A stretch of 64,000 bases of DNA from Candidatus Hermodarchaeota archaeon (GTDB lineage: Archaea; Asgardarchaeota; Hermodarchaeia; Hermodarchaeales; Hermodarchaeaceae), in contig JAEOTO010000032.1 of assembly GCA_016839805.1 (NCBI GenBank), positions 96,001 through 160,000 of the forward strand, in the 5' to 3' direction. Every line of letters begins with the position of its first letter. The first letter of the stretch is position 1. The notes under the pieces were generated by a model. That model did no database searches and was not told where the DNA came from. It worked only from the letters and a program-made list of their open reading frames with translations. Below are positions 55,675 through 64,000 of the stretch, in pieces. Made by a program: the position numbers and the translations under genes.

Positions 55675-56448
55675 CTACCCAATGTAACTGGCGCTTTCCG
55701 TTTCGTCTCTTGGTTCTTGTCGTTCGCGTTGTTGAAGTAAGTGATACTTCACTTGTGCGAAGATTCCTTTCATTTCCTCAATTTTTTGTTCGAGTTCAGA
55801 AACATCAGCATTGATATTGAATCGGTTATTTAAGACTTCAATGATTAATTTTGATGCGCGTGGATCTAAGCGGAGTAATGGTACTGTTTCTGCTAGAAGG
55901 CAAACACCTTCTATGCCATATTTGAGTTTGGCCCATGCGGGGATGACGCCATTTGCACCATTGATAACGCCATCAGACATTGGTACAACATAATCTAGTT
56001 TTGTGAAGAATTCTTGGAATTCAGAACTTGTGGAAGAGACGAATACCTTGGGAGATTCGGGATATTCACCGGGAACATAAGCACCGGTTGCGGCAACCCT
56101 AGTTACGTTTAATTTCTTGAAAGTCTCTGCAATACGATCTGAGAATTCATAAATTCCCTGTGAAGTTGAAGGTTGGAAGTCACCTGAAACTAAGAGAATA
56201 TCTTGTTTTAAACTTGGATTTCGATGGAGATAGATTTGACATTCAGGAATTTTCATCATGCCTTCTTCATCGATCATAACATGTGGTGGAAAATCATCTG
56301 AAAGCACTTGAACTATGGGTTCAGCGTCTAGACTTCGAATAAGGACTTCAATGGCGAGTTTCCCTACACTGGCAATTCCAGGCATTCCAACTAGAGCAAT
56401 TGGATCTCGAATTCCAGTGACCTTTTTGAGCCAAATAATCTCAATCAT
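55675..56448 (-). CDS. PAC2-family proteasome assembly chaperone
   Basis: GMPGIASVGK, FPPHV, GDFQP, CLLAET...DPRAS, C-terminal YIG. Confidence 0.9.
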   Translation of the reverse strand: MIEIIWLKKVTGIRDPIALVGMPGIASVGKLAIEVLIRSLDAEPIVQVLSDDFPPHVMIDEEGMMKIPECQIYLHRNPSLKQDILLVSGDFQPSTSQGIYEFSDRIAETFKKLNVTRVAATGAYVPGEYPESPKVFVSSTSSEFQEFFTKLDYVVPMSDGVINGANGVIPAWAKLKYGIEGVCLLAETVPLLRLDPRASKLIIEVLNNRFNINADVSELEQKIEEMKGIFAQVKYHLLQQRERQEPRDETESASYIG

Positions 56449-56537
56449 AGCAAGCCCCTGCAGGACGATATGGCTTCATGAAGATTGGATTTAAACTTTA
56501 TGTACCAGGTGTTCCGTTGAACATGAAAACCAATTTT

Positions 56538-57545
56538 TCATTGATTGGTGATTCCGGAGGAGTATGCGGGAATTAAATCTATACGTTGACGGATTACCTT
56601 CACCAAGGTGGTTTTGATTTTTTCTTGGTTCAAAGGTAGCACTTCGAAAAAGTCATCCTGGATACGTCCGATGTTTTTTCGCAGTGTTTCAGGTACTACC
56701 ATGATTAAATCGTGATTATTTGCATATTCTCCTGCGAGTATTTTCAATTGCTCCTTTTCGCCATCGAAGAAATGTAACCCGAGACGGAGGTCAGGAATAT
56801 AGAATACATGTCTTGATGTTTCTTGGAATTGGAGATTTAATTCCTTCAGAATACCCTTTATTATATGATCAAAATATGTGCCCAAGGCTTTTGATCTATC
56901 GAAGAAATAGAGAATTTCGTGACCACAAACTTCTCGTTGAACACCGATTCTTTTAGCGACTTCCTTGACGTTTTCTAAGGGACTGTTTAGGTATCTTGAG
57001 AAATAACGTTCAGTCCAATATGTTTTGATTGCATTTCGCAAGTGTACGTAGAGATCTTTTTGTTTTTTACTGAAATGTTCATCCGTGGTATTTCTAGTGG
57101 GGATAGATGATTTTAAGGCCTTGAGAAATGGTAGAGGACGCCCGTTCGTTTTAATTTGGAACCAGTTTTCCAGTGAGTCTATAAAACGATGGAGATTTGC
57201 AGTGGTTAATTCCTGTACAGAGATTGCATATTCGATATTCGGAATTTCTAGAACATTCTGTTTAAGTTCGGAGACAGCCCGCATTAGTTGTAGTTTAAAT
57301 TTCGTTGGTCCAGGAACGAAAAATGTTAATCGAACTTTGAGCGGCGTTCTTATTTGGAGAACCCAACGAATTGTAGATACGTCCAATTGTTTTGTGGAAA
57401 ACAGGATTAATTCTTTGGCTTCAGTAATGAATATTTCAGTAATTTGACATCCAAGTGCATCTTGTGAAATTACAAAATCAATTCCACGTTTTTTTAAACC
57501 CTTTATGAAGACTGAGGTATAATCCTGGAGTGACGAATACGTCAT
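56538..57545 (-). CDS. Hypothetical protein
   Basis: 335-aa ORF; C-terminal FYIPDLRLGLHFFDG weakly resembles a restriction-endonuclease-like core. Confidence 0.65.
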   Translation of the reverse strand: MTYSSLQDYTSVFIKGLKKRGIDFVISQDALGCQITEIFITEAKELILFSTKQLDVSTIRWVLQIRTPLKVRLTFFVPGPTKFKLQLMRAVSELKQNVLEIPNIEYAISVQELTTANLHRFIDSLENWFQIKTNGRPLPFLKALKSSIPTRNTTDEHFSKKQKDLYVHLRNAIKTYWTERYFSRYLNSPLENVKEVAKRIGVQREVCGHEILYFFDRSKALGTYFDHIIKGILKELNLQFQETSRHVFYIPDLRLGLHFFDGEKEQLKILAGEYANNHDLIMVVPETLRKNIGRIQDDFFEVLPLNQEKIKTTLVKVIRQRIDLIPAYSSGITNQ

Positions 57546-57558
57546 TGATGATCAAAAG

Positions 57559-57590
57559 TAAGGTCATGAAATAGTACATAAGGTCATGAA
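57559..57590. promoter_or_regulatory. 12-bp direct repeat TAAGGTCATGAA x2 (20-bp period), putative operator
   Basis: Exact copies at 57559-57570 and 57579-57590, immediately upstream of the 57545 start codon. Confidence 0.55.
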
Positions 57591-57678
57591 TTTTTCAAAG
57601 AGAAACGTAATGTCATTGAATACTATCATAATGTCTGTAACACAACTTGAAATTTCAATGAATTAAGAGCTATGATTA

Positions 57679-58539
57679 TTACGGATCAATAAACAGGTAG
57701 GCGCTTTCCTCATAACGTCGCCCGTTTATTATCGTACCAGGATCTTTCTTGATAATCTGCTTCCTTTCCAGATATTCCTTCAGTTTTTGGTTGGCTTTAC
57801 TGAGGTTTACCTGGTTTAACCATGATAAAGGAATATTCACAAATAATGGCCGCGCGGGGACAACATGACGAGTGGTTTTCTGCGCAAAAATCTCTTTCTT
57901 TAAAGCTCCTTCAAGTACTTCTTTTTTTGTTAGTGAAGGAACAATTAGTACTAGCCGGCTTCCGGATCGAATACTTTCATTAGCATCGGATTCTGTACTA
58001 TAGAGCAGATGATAACCAATTTGTTCAGCGAGGAATTCAATTTTTGCAATCTCGTCATAAATTTCCTTTATTGATAAAGACTTAGACGAGGTAAGTAGAT
58101 AGGATTTTTTGCCTTTAGCTAAGGCTGCATGTACTTCTCGGTTTTTAACGAGTTCAAAGGCTGTTTCAGATGGTGAAGAGCGAATAGTAAAAGGGGTCTC
58201 TGTGGTAATTTTATCTGTAAATTCGATAGATGAGATTCCATTATCGAATTCTCTGTACCAAGCAAAAAGCTCGATCGCGGGATTATGATAGTCAACAAGA
58301 CATACAGGTGCCAACTTGAAATTGAGATTTTTTAGAGCAGCAACGCGGTGCATACCATCTAATACAACTAAAGTATCTGAATCTACGATTATTGGATGCT
58401 TGAGTAATTGTTCAGCTACTAGTTGTTCACTTAATTCCTTGAGTGCTGTAGGTATTGTTTCTTCATGAACAAATAGAGATTCGATTGAGACGAGTGTAAT
58501 TTCCATAAACAGTTGTGGAGTTTCAATAATTACACCCAT
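57679..58539 (-). CDS. ParB/Srx-fold protein (SerK/SbnI-like)
   Basis: LFVHEE, PIIVD, VLDGMHR, C-terminal KTTRH. Confidence 0.72.
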   Translation of the reverse strand: MGVIIETPQLFMEITLVSIESLFVHEETIPTALKELSEQLVAEQLLKHPIIVDSDTLVVLDGMHRVAALKNLNFKLAPVCLVDYHNPAIELFAWYREFDNGISSIEFTDKITTETPFTIRSSPSETAFELVKNREVHAALAKGKKSYLLTSSKSLSIKEIYDEIAKIEFLAEQIGYHLLYSTESDANESIRSGSRLVLIVPSLTKKEVLEGALKKEIFAQKTTRHVVPARPLFVNIPLSWLNQVNLSKANQKLKEYLERKQIIKKDPGTIINGRRYEESAYLFIDP

Positions 58540-58611
58540 CTAAACATACTCCAAATAGTACGTTTTGATTTCACGGTTTATTATGTCTTTAAGTTCTAGT
58601 CTTGAACCTGA

Positions 58612-58821
58612 CTAAGCTATAATCACGTCTTCTTCTTGTCGTAGAACCATTAGACGCGTTACATATCCTGCTATCCGATTTCGTAGACGTTTTGTCGTAT
58701 TAGTTAAGAGTTCATCGACCACTGCTTTGTTTTGATTAAAGTCAGTCGTAAAACTATCTGAATACCTCTCGACAAGCTCTCTTGAAAGGCGTTTGACTAG
58801 GACTGTTCTAACTTTACCCAC
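58612..58821 (-). CDS. rps17e: 30S ribosomal protein S17e
   Basis: GKVRT..VKR, F..NK, KRLRNRIAGYVT. Confidence 0.96.
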   Translation of the reverse strand: MGKVRTVLVKRLSRELVERYSDSFTTDFNQNKAVVDELLTNTTKRLRNRIAGYVTRLMVLRQEEDVIIA

Positions 58822-59122
58822 AGTCTTTTCCTCCTGCTAGTGATTTTGATGTATCGCGATATAATTTGTAAGCTATTAGGGTTTTGAACGACTAAGGTTT
58901 TTTTCATACAAGTACACGAATCAATACCGATGTGTAGTAAATGCGAGAGATAGTAGGTCCCTTGGGACTAAGGCTCACCTGTGGTGTTAAACTGAAAACC
59001 TACTAGGTATTTGGGAGTTCTGAAAAATCAAACAATAATTTCTTGGTTTAGAATTAACTGATTCTGTTTTTAAGTAAAAGTAGAAAATTTTAATAGACTG
59101 CTATAAAGACAAGGTCCAGGCT

Positions 59123-59229
59123 GCCGCGTTAGTGTAGCCAGGTCAATCATCTGAGGCTCTCGACCTTAGGACCGGGGTTCGAATCCTTCTAGGTTATTCT
59201 AGTTGGAGACACTCCCCGACGCGGCACCA
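59123..59229 (+). tRNA. tRNA-Glu(CUC) with a 29-nt insertion (intron) in the T loop (about 59184-59213)
   Basis: GCCGCGT/ACGCGGC-A-CCA, TGAGG CT-CTC-GA CCTTA, CGGGG TTCGAAT...CCCCG. The exact junction is ambiguous. Confidence 0.88.
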
Positions 59230-59263
59230 TTCTCCTTCTAGGTCTTGTCGTTTGTTTGGTAAC

Positions 59264-60859
59264 TCATTTCATTGTCAAATATGCACTCAGTTGTTTTAGA
59301 GATTGGTTAGAGAAGTCTGTGTGGAAAATCTTACACTCCTTTTCTAATTTATTAAAGAGCCGTCTACAGTATCGAGAAAATGATTTCCAATAATCTGTTA
59401 AGGCAAATATCGCGAAAATATTTGTGTATTGAGAATTCCTCAACAAATATTCCCTTAATTGTTCAAGAAGCTTAGATTGGTTTTCTATTAATACTGACCC
59501 AGGAATTTCATTCTGTGCAATCGGGTATACATTCGTAATTTCGAGGGGAATAAGCCCAAAATAAGGAGAGAGAAAAAGAACATCAAAAAGGATTGAATTA
59601 CTGACCTTTGTTTTTGAGTATTGGTTCTTGAACCGTTCAAATTCTATTGCTTTATGGTACGGTCTCTTTTTAGGAGCAGAGATTATTATGAGATTTTCCA
59701 GCTTTCTAGGAGGCGAGTATATCGTCATTCGAGTTTGATGTCGGATTATTTCAGGTTGAAAAACCGACCATTGACTCGTTATAAAGAGTGCACGTTTTTT
59801 TGTAACCGGTGAGTACTTCTCAAAAAAATTTTGATGCGATACTAATTTTTTCATCGCATCAACTAGCGCAGGATGGCTACTAAGTCGACTTTCAACTAAC
59901 CTCCAAAGACGCCCTTCACGGATAGCCTGTTTTATCCTCCTGATTTCATTTTGACAGATTCGCAGATTATGCTCAGCTAAGAGCTGGATACGATCTCTTT
60001 TGTCTAAATGTTTAATTTCTGATATCGAAAATCTGCTACAGGTAGGACAAGTACAAAAGTCATCATGGATTTCTTGAAGCTTGTAAGTACCTTCTGATGT
60101 AAGAATACGATCATGTTTTGCAAACAGCGCATAAGCTGCTGAATCAAAAAGATCACAGCCCATTGCCACGATAAGAGGAAAAATGAGGGGATGACCTGCT
60201 CCGAAAAGATGAACGGGTTTATCAACGGGAATATTGGTCTTGGCTGCCATTACGAGATCAACGAGGGCATCAAACTGATATTGTTCCATTAATTGTGTTG
60301 GACTACCAATTGCAATAATTGGAAAATCGAGTTTTACAATTTCCTGGGCGGATTTTACTACAAGATTGGGAAATGTCCCCCCTTGGATTGGACCAACCCA
60401 AAGAATATCAGGATTTGTCCGTTGTGATATTGATTCTCTTGCGCGACGTAAGGTTTCTTCTACAGTCTCCATTGCATCTTGATAATTAGCTTGACCACCA
60501 GTAGGAATGTCTAAAATTACTGCAATATCAGATTTGATTTCTTCTTGGAGATTAATGATTTGTTTTGGTGTTATTTCTACGTCGCCATATATTAGTAACT
60601 GATAGGCTCCTGAATCAGTCATTATAATACCAGGATAGTCCAAAATGTCATGGATTGAACCCTGTTTACCAGTCTTAGAAAGTAAGTAAGCATTCGTAAT
60701 AATTATCTTACAGCCGAATTCATCATACATTCTTCTTGGTGGAATCAGGACCCGTGTTGGGTGTACCACAGGTATGAAGGTAGGTGTTTCAACTATTCCA
60801 GTCTTGGTTCGGAATCGCGCGATTCTTGCCAGTAAATCCTTATGAATAATCTCAATCAT
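59264..60859 (-). CDS. tgtA: Archaeosine tRNA-guanine(15) transglycosylase
   Basis: ETPTFIPV, MTDSGAYQ, LDIPT, PIQGG, HLFGAGHP, DLFDSAAY, CTCPTC, HNL. Confidence 0.94.
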   Translation of the reverse strand: MIEIIHKDLLARIARFRTKTGIVETPTFIPVVHPTRVLIPPRRMYDEFGCKIIITNAYLLSKTGKQGSIHDILDYPGIIMTDSGAYQLLIYGDVEITPKQIINLQEEIKSDIAVILDIPTGGQANYQDAMETVEETLRRARESISQRTNPDILWVGPIQGGTFPNLVVKSAQEIVKLDFPIIAIGSPTQLMEQYQFDALVDLVMAAKTNIPVDKPVHLFGAGHPLIFPLIVAMGCDLFDSAAYALFAKHDRILTSEGTYKLQEIHDDFCTCPTCSRFSISEIKHLDKRDRIQLLAEHNLRICQNEIRRIKQAIREGRLWRLVESRLSSHPALVDAMKKLVSHQNFFEKYSPVTKKRALFITSQWSVFQPEIIRHQTRMTIYSPPRKLENLIIISAPKKRPYHKAIEFERFKNQYSKTKVSNSILFDVLFLSPYFGLIPLEITNVYPIAQNEIPGSVLIENQSKLLEQLREYLLRNSQYTNIFAIFALTDYWKSFSRYCRRLFNKLEKECKIFHTDFSNQSLKQLSAYLTMK

Positions 60860-60874
60860 TGCAAACGCAGTCTC

Positions 60875-61324
60875 TTATGTTGAACCCTCCTCAGTCTTTG
60901 ACTGTTGTTCTTCTACAAACCGCGTGTAAATTTTTCTAATTCGGTCTGCGAGCGGGCCTGTTCCTTCAACTCCATGTTCAGTAACCCTTACTTTATTTAA
61001 CACGACAATAACCCGTGCATCATCAAGAAATCTAACCTCTCCGGGGGGAAAGAGGGTTTCTAATTGCTCAGCCAACCCTTTCAAATCAAAAGGATCCTCA
61101 GTTTTTACTAGTTCTAGAATTGTATGACCAGTGACTACAATCCTGTGGTATAATTCCCCTTTTGCATCTCGGGCCTCGCTTAATACAACACTTAAGGTGT
61201 TTGGATCATAACCTCGCATCTTCCCTGTGAGTGTTTTTCCTGTGTTAGTGCTAACAGCCACAGTTGCCCCAATTAACGAGGCTAGCTCTTTGAAGAAGTG
61301 TCGAGCACCAGTGCTTTGCGCCAT
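60875..61324 (-). CDS. Augmented Sm-like protein (SmAP3 type, with C-terminal domain)
   Basis: Sm1/Sm2 core plus FDL..LAE.L...FP...V....VEG.GPLA.R. Confidence 0.82.
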   Translation of the reverse strand: MAQSTGARHFFKELASLIGATVAVSTNTGKTLTGKMRGYDPNTLSVVLSEARDAKGELYHRIVVTGHTILELVKTEDPFDLKGLAEQLETLFPPGEVRFLDDARVIVVLNKVRVTEHGVEGTGPLADRIRKIYTRFVEEQQSKTEEGST

Positions 61325-61428
61325 ATCTGTTCCTCCAGAAATTTTGTTTAGTTTAGTGATTATTCATCCGTTTTTATATGTTATTAAGCCACATTATGAG
61401 TATATTCGTATTTGAATCGGTGTGATAA

Positions 61429-61773
61429 TTGGTTTCAGGTAAGGGAATTGTAGAAAAACGGGAAACGCCACAAACTCAGATTTACCAGTATCTAATTAGC
61501 GTAGACAAACGAGTTCAGATTGAGTTTGAATTACCAGCTAGCATTGGATTACTTCAGGGAGGAGAGAAAGTAACAGTCTCAATTAGATCTAGTAAACCGA
61601 AACAAACGAAGGCCTTGCTTACCCTCCAAGGAGAGGTATACGAAATAGAAAAAACACGAACCAGCATAAGATACGTTATCTTTTTTTCTGGCTTGCAGGG
61701 AAGTATTACCGTGAAACGAAGCATTCCTGGAATGAAGCTGAAAAATCCTGTCTATCTTTTAATTTCAAAATAA
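61429..61773 (+). CDS. rpoG: RNA polymerase subunit RpoG/Rpb8
   Basis: OB-fold pattern GEKVTVSI, LQGEVYEI, FSGL, VYLLI; next to SmAP3, tgtA and tfb. Confidence 0.72.
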   Translation: MVSGKGIVEKRETPQTQIYQYLISVDKRVQIEFELPASIGLLQGGEKVTVSIRSSKPKQTKALLTLQGEVYEIEKTRTSIRYVIFFSGLQGSITVKRSIPGMKLKNPVYLLISK

Positions 61774-61976
61774 CATAATTTTAAAATTCAACAAACACAT
61801 GCAATGTGGCTCTTCTTCATTCGATTAGTTTCAACGCTGGGTCTCTCTAATTCTAGAATCCGTCAAAAAGGATACTCATGTCTGATTACCCGTATTATGA
61901 CTACACTAAAACAGACACTGTTGTGGCGAAAGTCAGGTTAATAATTGTTGCACTTTGAGAACCAGAACCGCTCAAA

Positions 61977-62993
61977 GTGATAAAGATGCAAAACTTCCAG
62001 TGTACTGAGTGCTCCGGACACACTATACTGACTAATGGTGAATATGTGTGCACAACTTGTGGTCTAGTTCTAGCACGTCAAGTGGTTGACTCGCAATATC
62101 AGATATACAAGGAAGATAGTAGTTCCTCTTCACATGCCAAGTCTTATGTTGCACTGGGTAAGCGATCGGTGATGGTTGGAGGGTTGGGGAGCTTCATCGA
62201 TTATCAGGCTAGCCGATTTTTCTATGATAAAAGTGGTAGACCATTAGCACCCAGAACACAGCGATTGTTTCGAAGGCTAAAATTTGACTACAATCTCCGT
62301 CTTCGGATTGCAAAACGAGAAACAACCTATCGTGCCTTGAAATCTCTGAGCAGAGTAGCAGATCTACTTTCTTTGCCTGATAGCATCAAAGATCGCGCGG
62401 CCTATTACTATCAAAAAATGGATAAGAAGCTTGACAACAGCGATATTACTAGTCACCTTACTCTTATGGCGTATGGATTGATGTTGGCTGTTCGTGAGTC
62501 GAAAGAAAACGCACCTATTACTTTACAAGAAATTGCAGATGCCTTTCAGAAGCTCGGGCACAGAGTGACTAGTCGTTCGATTATCCGCCAGGCACTTTCA
62601 GTAAAAAAGACACTTCCACTTTCTCCCACCAAGAGAATGAGCGAAGACTACCTACAACGACTCGTATCTCAAACAATTACCCATCCTGCGATACGCCTGA
62701 GACTTCGACGTGCTGGACTCTCAATTCAGGAGTATCAGGCACGTCTAGTAAAGTATGCCAATCTGTTGTTCAGCAAAATCAGTGTTGCAGAGCGAGGAGG
62801 AAGAAACCCATTCATTTTTGCCGTTGCAGTTGTTTATAGCTCGGATCTCCTAATGGCTAAACTCGCTAGACGCCGACCAATACTCACTCAGCGGTTGATC
62901 TCAAAGGCAACAAACGCAGCAGAATATAGTGTACGAGACCATTATGCCAAGTTGCTGAAGAAACACCTTCTGAAGATGCTACCCCAGCACTAG
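61977..62993 (+). CDS. tfb: Transcription factor B (TFIIB) paralog, divergent
   Basis: CTEC..CTTCGLV Zn ribbon; two cyclin repeats (LSLPDSIKDRA, GRNP, LTQR.IS.......SVR). Confidence 0.85.
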   Translation: MIKMQNFQCTECSGHTILTNGEYVCTTCGLVLARQVVDSQYQIYKEDSSSSSHAKSYVALGKRSVMVGGLGSFIDYQASRFFYDKSGRPLAPRTQRLFRRLKFDYNLRLRIAKRETTYRALKSLSRVADLLSLPDSIKDRAAYYYQKMDKKLDNSDITSHLTLMAYGLMLAVRESKENAPITLQEIADAFQKLGHRVTSRSIIRQALSVKKTLPLSPTKRMSEDYLQRLVSQTITHPAIRLRLRRAGLSIQEYQARLVKYANLLFSKISVAERGGRNPFIFAVAVVYSSDLLMAKLARRRPILTQRLISKATNAAEYSVRDHYAKLLKKHLLKMLPQH

Positions 62994-63245
62994 TTGTATT
63001 AGGTGTAAAGTTATTACAACGATCACGAATAGAGAGAATAGAATGACTGTACGGAACACCGTAGGGCCCGCAGCCAACGAGAGGAATAGCACTACAGGAA
63101 TTGAGGTGATAATTGTTCCAGAGATGATTACTAGACTGATAACATCATGACTGATGGATTGAACAATGAGAAGAAGCATCCAAGAACATAATATGATTTT
63201 CAGAATTGGAAAAATAAGCATTAGACATCCCTTAGACTGCTTCAA
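62979..63245 (-). CDS. Small membrane protein
   Basis: Three hydrophobic segments; overlaps the end of the upstream pilin-like gene. Confidence 0.5.
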   Translation of the reverse strand: MKQSKGCLMLIFPILKIILCSWMLLLIVQSISHDVISLVIISGTIITSIPVVLFLSLAAGPTVFRTVILFSLFVIVVITLHLIQLVLG

Positions 63246-63648
63246 AGGCTATTTGAATTAGTGTTTCATTAACAGCTATTATTAACCTGTTAACTCCTAT
63301 TTCGGGAGAAGCGGTTAATAAGATTGGACACCGATAGGTTCGAGTGACGATATACCAAGAGTTCAGATATGTTTTGAAAATGAGCTGATTATTTTCACAT
63401 TCAAGGGATACATTAGCAGGAACGATTATGCGTTTTGAAAATATAGTCTGACTCTGATCTGCTTGCAAAACTGATTCATCGACATCCTGAACAAATTGTT
63501 CAAACATGAGAGATTGTTCAGTTTCTGAAATGACCTGAGTTGTTGTTAAAAAAAGCGGAACTCCGATTGAAATAAGGAGTATGAGGTTTAATCCGATTAG
63601 CACAATTTTTTCTAGACTCTGATTCAATTCAGTCCCAATAGAATCCAA
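63232..63648 (-). CDS. Pilin-like protein (degenerate class III signal)
   Basis: NQSLEKIVLIG followed by a hydrophobic helix and a beta-rich domain. Confidence 0.5.
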   Translation of the reverse strand: MDSIGTELNQSLEKIVLIGLNLILLISIGVPLFLTTTQVISETEQSLMFEQFVQDVDESVLQADQSQTIFSKRIIVPANVSLECENNQLIFKTYLNSWYIVTRTYRCPILLTASPEIGVNRLIIAVNETLIQIAFEAV

Positions 63649-63726
63649 ATTAAAAGAAATTTAAAGTCCTATTTTTACGAATTTCTTCCTTTAAATACGA
63701 AAATTCGAACTATCAAAACGGTAAAC

Positions 63727-64000
63727 ATGGTTTGTCCATTTCACCTCTCAAAAGAAGGACCTGACACGGAGTCTCTAATATTTTGTTGTGACCTGTGTTC
63801 TTATGAAGGAAAATCAAAAGGCGATATTGCCTCTAGTCCATTTTGTCGGTACCAATTTTTACAGGTGTTACCTTTCATTGAGAAAAATTACCCATGCCGG
63901 TTTAATGCAGATAAAATGATCGTAACCGTTCCAATTTCTTCAATGAAAGTACTCAAAGAATTCGCTTCAATAATCAATGAATATGATAAACGTTTTCCGG
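63727..64000 (+). CDS. Cys-rich N-terminus of a protein truncated by the window edge
   Basis: Open from ATG 63727 to the end of the window: MVCPFH...CCDLC...SSPFCRYQF. Confidence 0.55.
   Translation, partial: MVCPFHLSKEGPDTESLIFCCDLCSYEGKSKGDIASSPFCRYQFLQVLPFIEKNYPCRFNADKMIVTVPISSMKVLKEFASIINEYDKRFP

Noticed and set aside
58822-59122. 300-bp AT-rich spacer as an ncRNA or replication origin
   Set aside because: Only a short GTCCC/GGGAC hairpin; no ORB repeats, clear C/D boxes or adjacent cdc6. Divergent promoters explain it.
1-64000. CRISPR arrays, transposases, integrases, rRNA and the many short antisense ORFs
   Set aside because: No repeat-spacer periodicity or recognisable motifs were seen; the short ORFs lie within well-supported genes on other frames or strands.

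Overview
Gene-dense core chromosome of an archaeon, most likely an Asgard archaeon. Archaeal housekeeping genes (IleRS, thermosome, RpoK, TFB, S17e, TgtA, Taw1, class I CCA enzyme, NucS, IorAB, Fae-Hps) sit among eukaryotic-signature proteins: a Rab-like GTPase, profilin, a ribophorin I-like protein, an OPTI/EMC6-like protein, RpoG/Rpb8 and a candidate DDRGK1-like protein. No rRNA, CRISPR array or mobile element was seen. Five tRNA genes were reconstructed by hand. All are split, with 8 introns in total, 4 at non-canonical sites. The most striking element is a two-intron tRNA-Ile with a UAU anticodon directly downstream of ileS. It suggests eukaryote-like AUA decoding rather than the usual archaeal agmatidine-CAU route, and it has a compensatory A19-U56 elbow pair. 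Other highlights: candidate membrane biogenesis and quality-control components (OPTI/EMC6-like gene head-to-head with Rqc2; membrane-anchored DDRGK/PCI-like gene behind a proteasome chaperone; AglH plus ribophorin I), a catalytically dead proteasome beta subunit, a class I GAPDH, and a cluster of unknown winged-helix and cyclin-fold-like genes. All family calls come from motif recognition by eye, not database searches.
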